Shown in pieces: positions 63,040-64,000 of a stretch of DNA of 64,000 nucleotides. Below the pieces are notes generated by a model, which ran no database searches, was not told where the DNA came from, and was given only the letters and a program-made list of their open reading frames with translations. The translations under genes were made by a program, and so were the position numbers. Each line of letters begins with the position of its first letter. Within the stretch, counting starts at the first letter, position 1. This stretch comes from Gekko japonicus (lineage: Eukaryota), in NCBI RefSeq assembly GCF_001447785.1, contig NW_015173209.1:77520-141519 (forward strand), in the 5' to 3' direction.

Positions 63040-63360
63040 CTCCAAAGCCAATTAAAAAAATTATCCAGGGGACCATTCAATCCCTGAACATTTCAAAGTT
63101 CCTCAGGGAACTATTAGAGGATGGAGCCGCACAGTCTGACCTATTCCATAAAGATGAAATCACAGGGTGTGATGATGTAAATGTTCTTCATTTGACCATC
63201 TACATCTCTACTATAAAATATGGAGGAAGCTCTTCTCCTTGAATTTTGCCCAACCCAGAAGAAGTAAAATGTTCAGTTAACACACAGTACTTGAAAATAT
63301 GGAGAAATATAGAGTACACATGTAAAATACTGGAACCCGACGGCAAATAATCGGTAAGTG
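63040..63360 (+). promoter_or_regulatory. Candidate promoter and first exon of a further OR beyond the window
   Basis: CAATTA near 63050, TCCTCAGGGA at 63100, TATAAA at 63212, donor G|GTAAGTGGCT at 63354. Confidence 0.4.
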
Positions 63361-64000
63361 GCTTTCTTGCTTTCTTTCTGAGTACCACCTGTAAATGCTT
63401 CAAATGTGCAATAAAAAGTTCATCCAGTAAAAGATAGTGTTGTTTTTCTTAAAAAATCTAGTACCATTAAAATAGTACAAATTGAGGGACTTGATGGGGA
63501 CTTAGTAATTTTATTCAAGCAGTACCTGCTTTATTTTTGACATATTTCATCTCTGTGGGACTGCAACCTTAAAGAAGAAGTATGCGATTTATGACCCACA
63601 AAACTGAATGCAGCAAAATGAGATCCTTGATTTTGCTTTCTTTGGCTCAGTCTTGGCCTGAAGTAGCACACCTGAGGGAAATTAGTCCCCATGATAAAAG
63701 ACATGGTAATGTTTCACAACAGTAGATCTCTTGTTAGTTGGTATGAATTCTTTGAAAATGGCTCTTTCCAAGGAAACATGGGAAGAAGAGATCTGCCCTC
63801 TCCCAAGAAGGGATGGGGTAAATATGTTTTGCTGTGTGTGAAGAAAGAGCAGTTTAGACTTTGGAAGAAAGCAGTTTCAGAGGGCTGATGTGCAGTAGAA
63901 CAGCTAGATTTTAGTCCAGTGGGATCCATCATTAAGGAGGCATCCATCTAGGGGCCAGAAAGAGTTGCAGCTATGGAGAGGAATGTAAGAGAACTACACT

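Overview
Vertebrate genomic DNA, most likely from a squamate and probably a gecko (inferred from Sauria-type and Ther1/Squam3-type SINEs). It is a draft assembly with four N gaps and signs of local mis-assembly. The window is a chemosensory receptor locus. It holds one apparently intact six-exon vomeronasal type-2 receptor gene (V2R, + strand, 2095-11424, 870 aa). This lies tail-to-tail with a family-6 olfactory receptor (OR) cluster: one OR6B/6Q-like gene, four OR6F1-like copies (two intact, one with a 1-nt frameshift, one spanning a gap) and one OR fragment. Intergenic DNA is rich in L2/CR1 remnants, tRNA- and 5S-derived SINEs, hAT and Harbinger-like MITEs and LTR-like segments. The most notable observations are: two distinct L1-derived elements flanked by target-site duplications (TSDs) that appear to encode ORF1 only (HAL1-like); candidate homeodomain plus O/E(Ebf) OR promoter/enhancer modules and paralogous non-coding first exons; a SINE between an OR splice acceptor and its ATG; and a filled and an empty insertion site assembled side by side. 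No prokaryote-type system is present. Repeat family names are from recognition by eye and need Dfam/Repbase confirmation.
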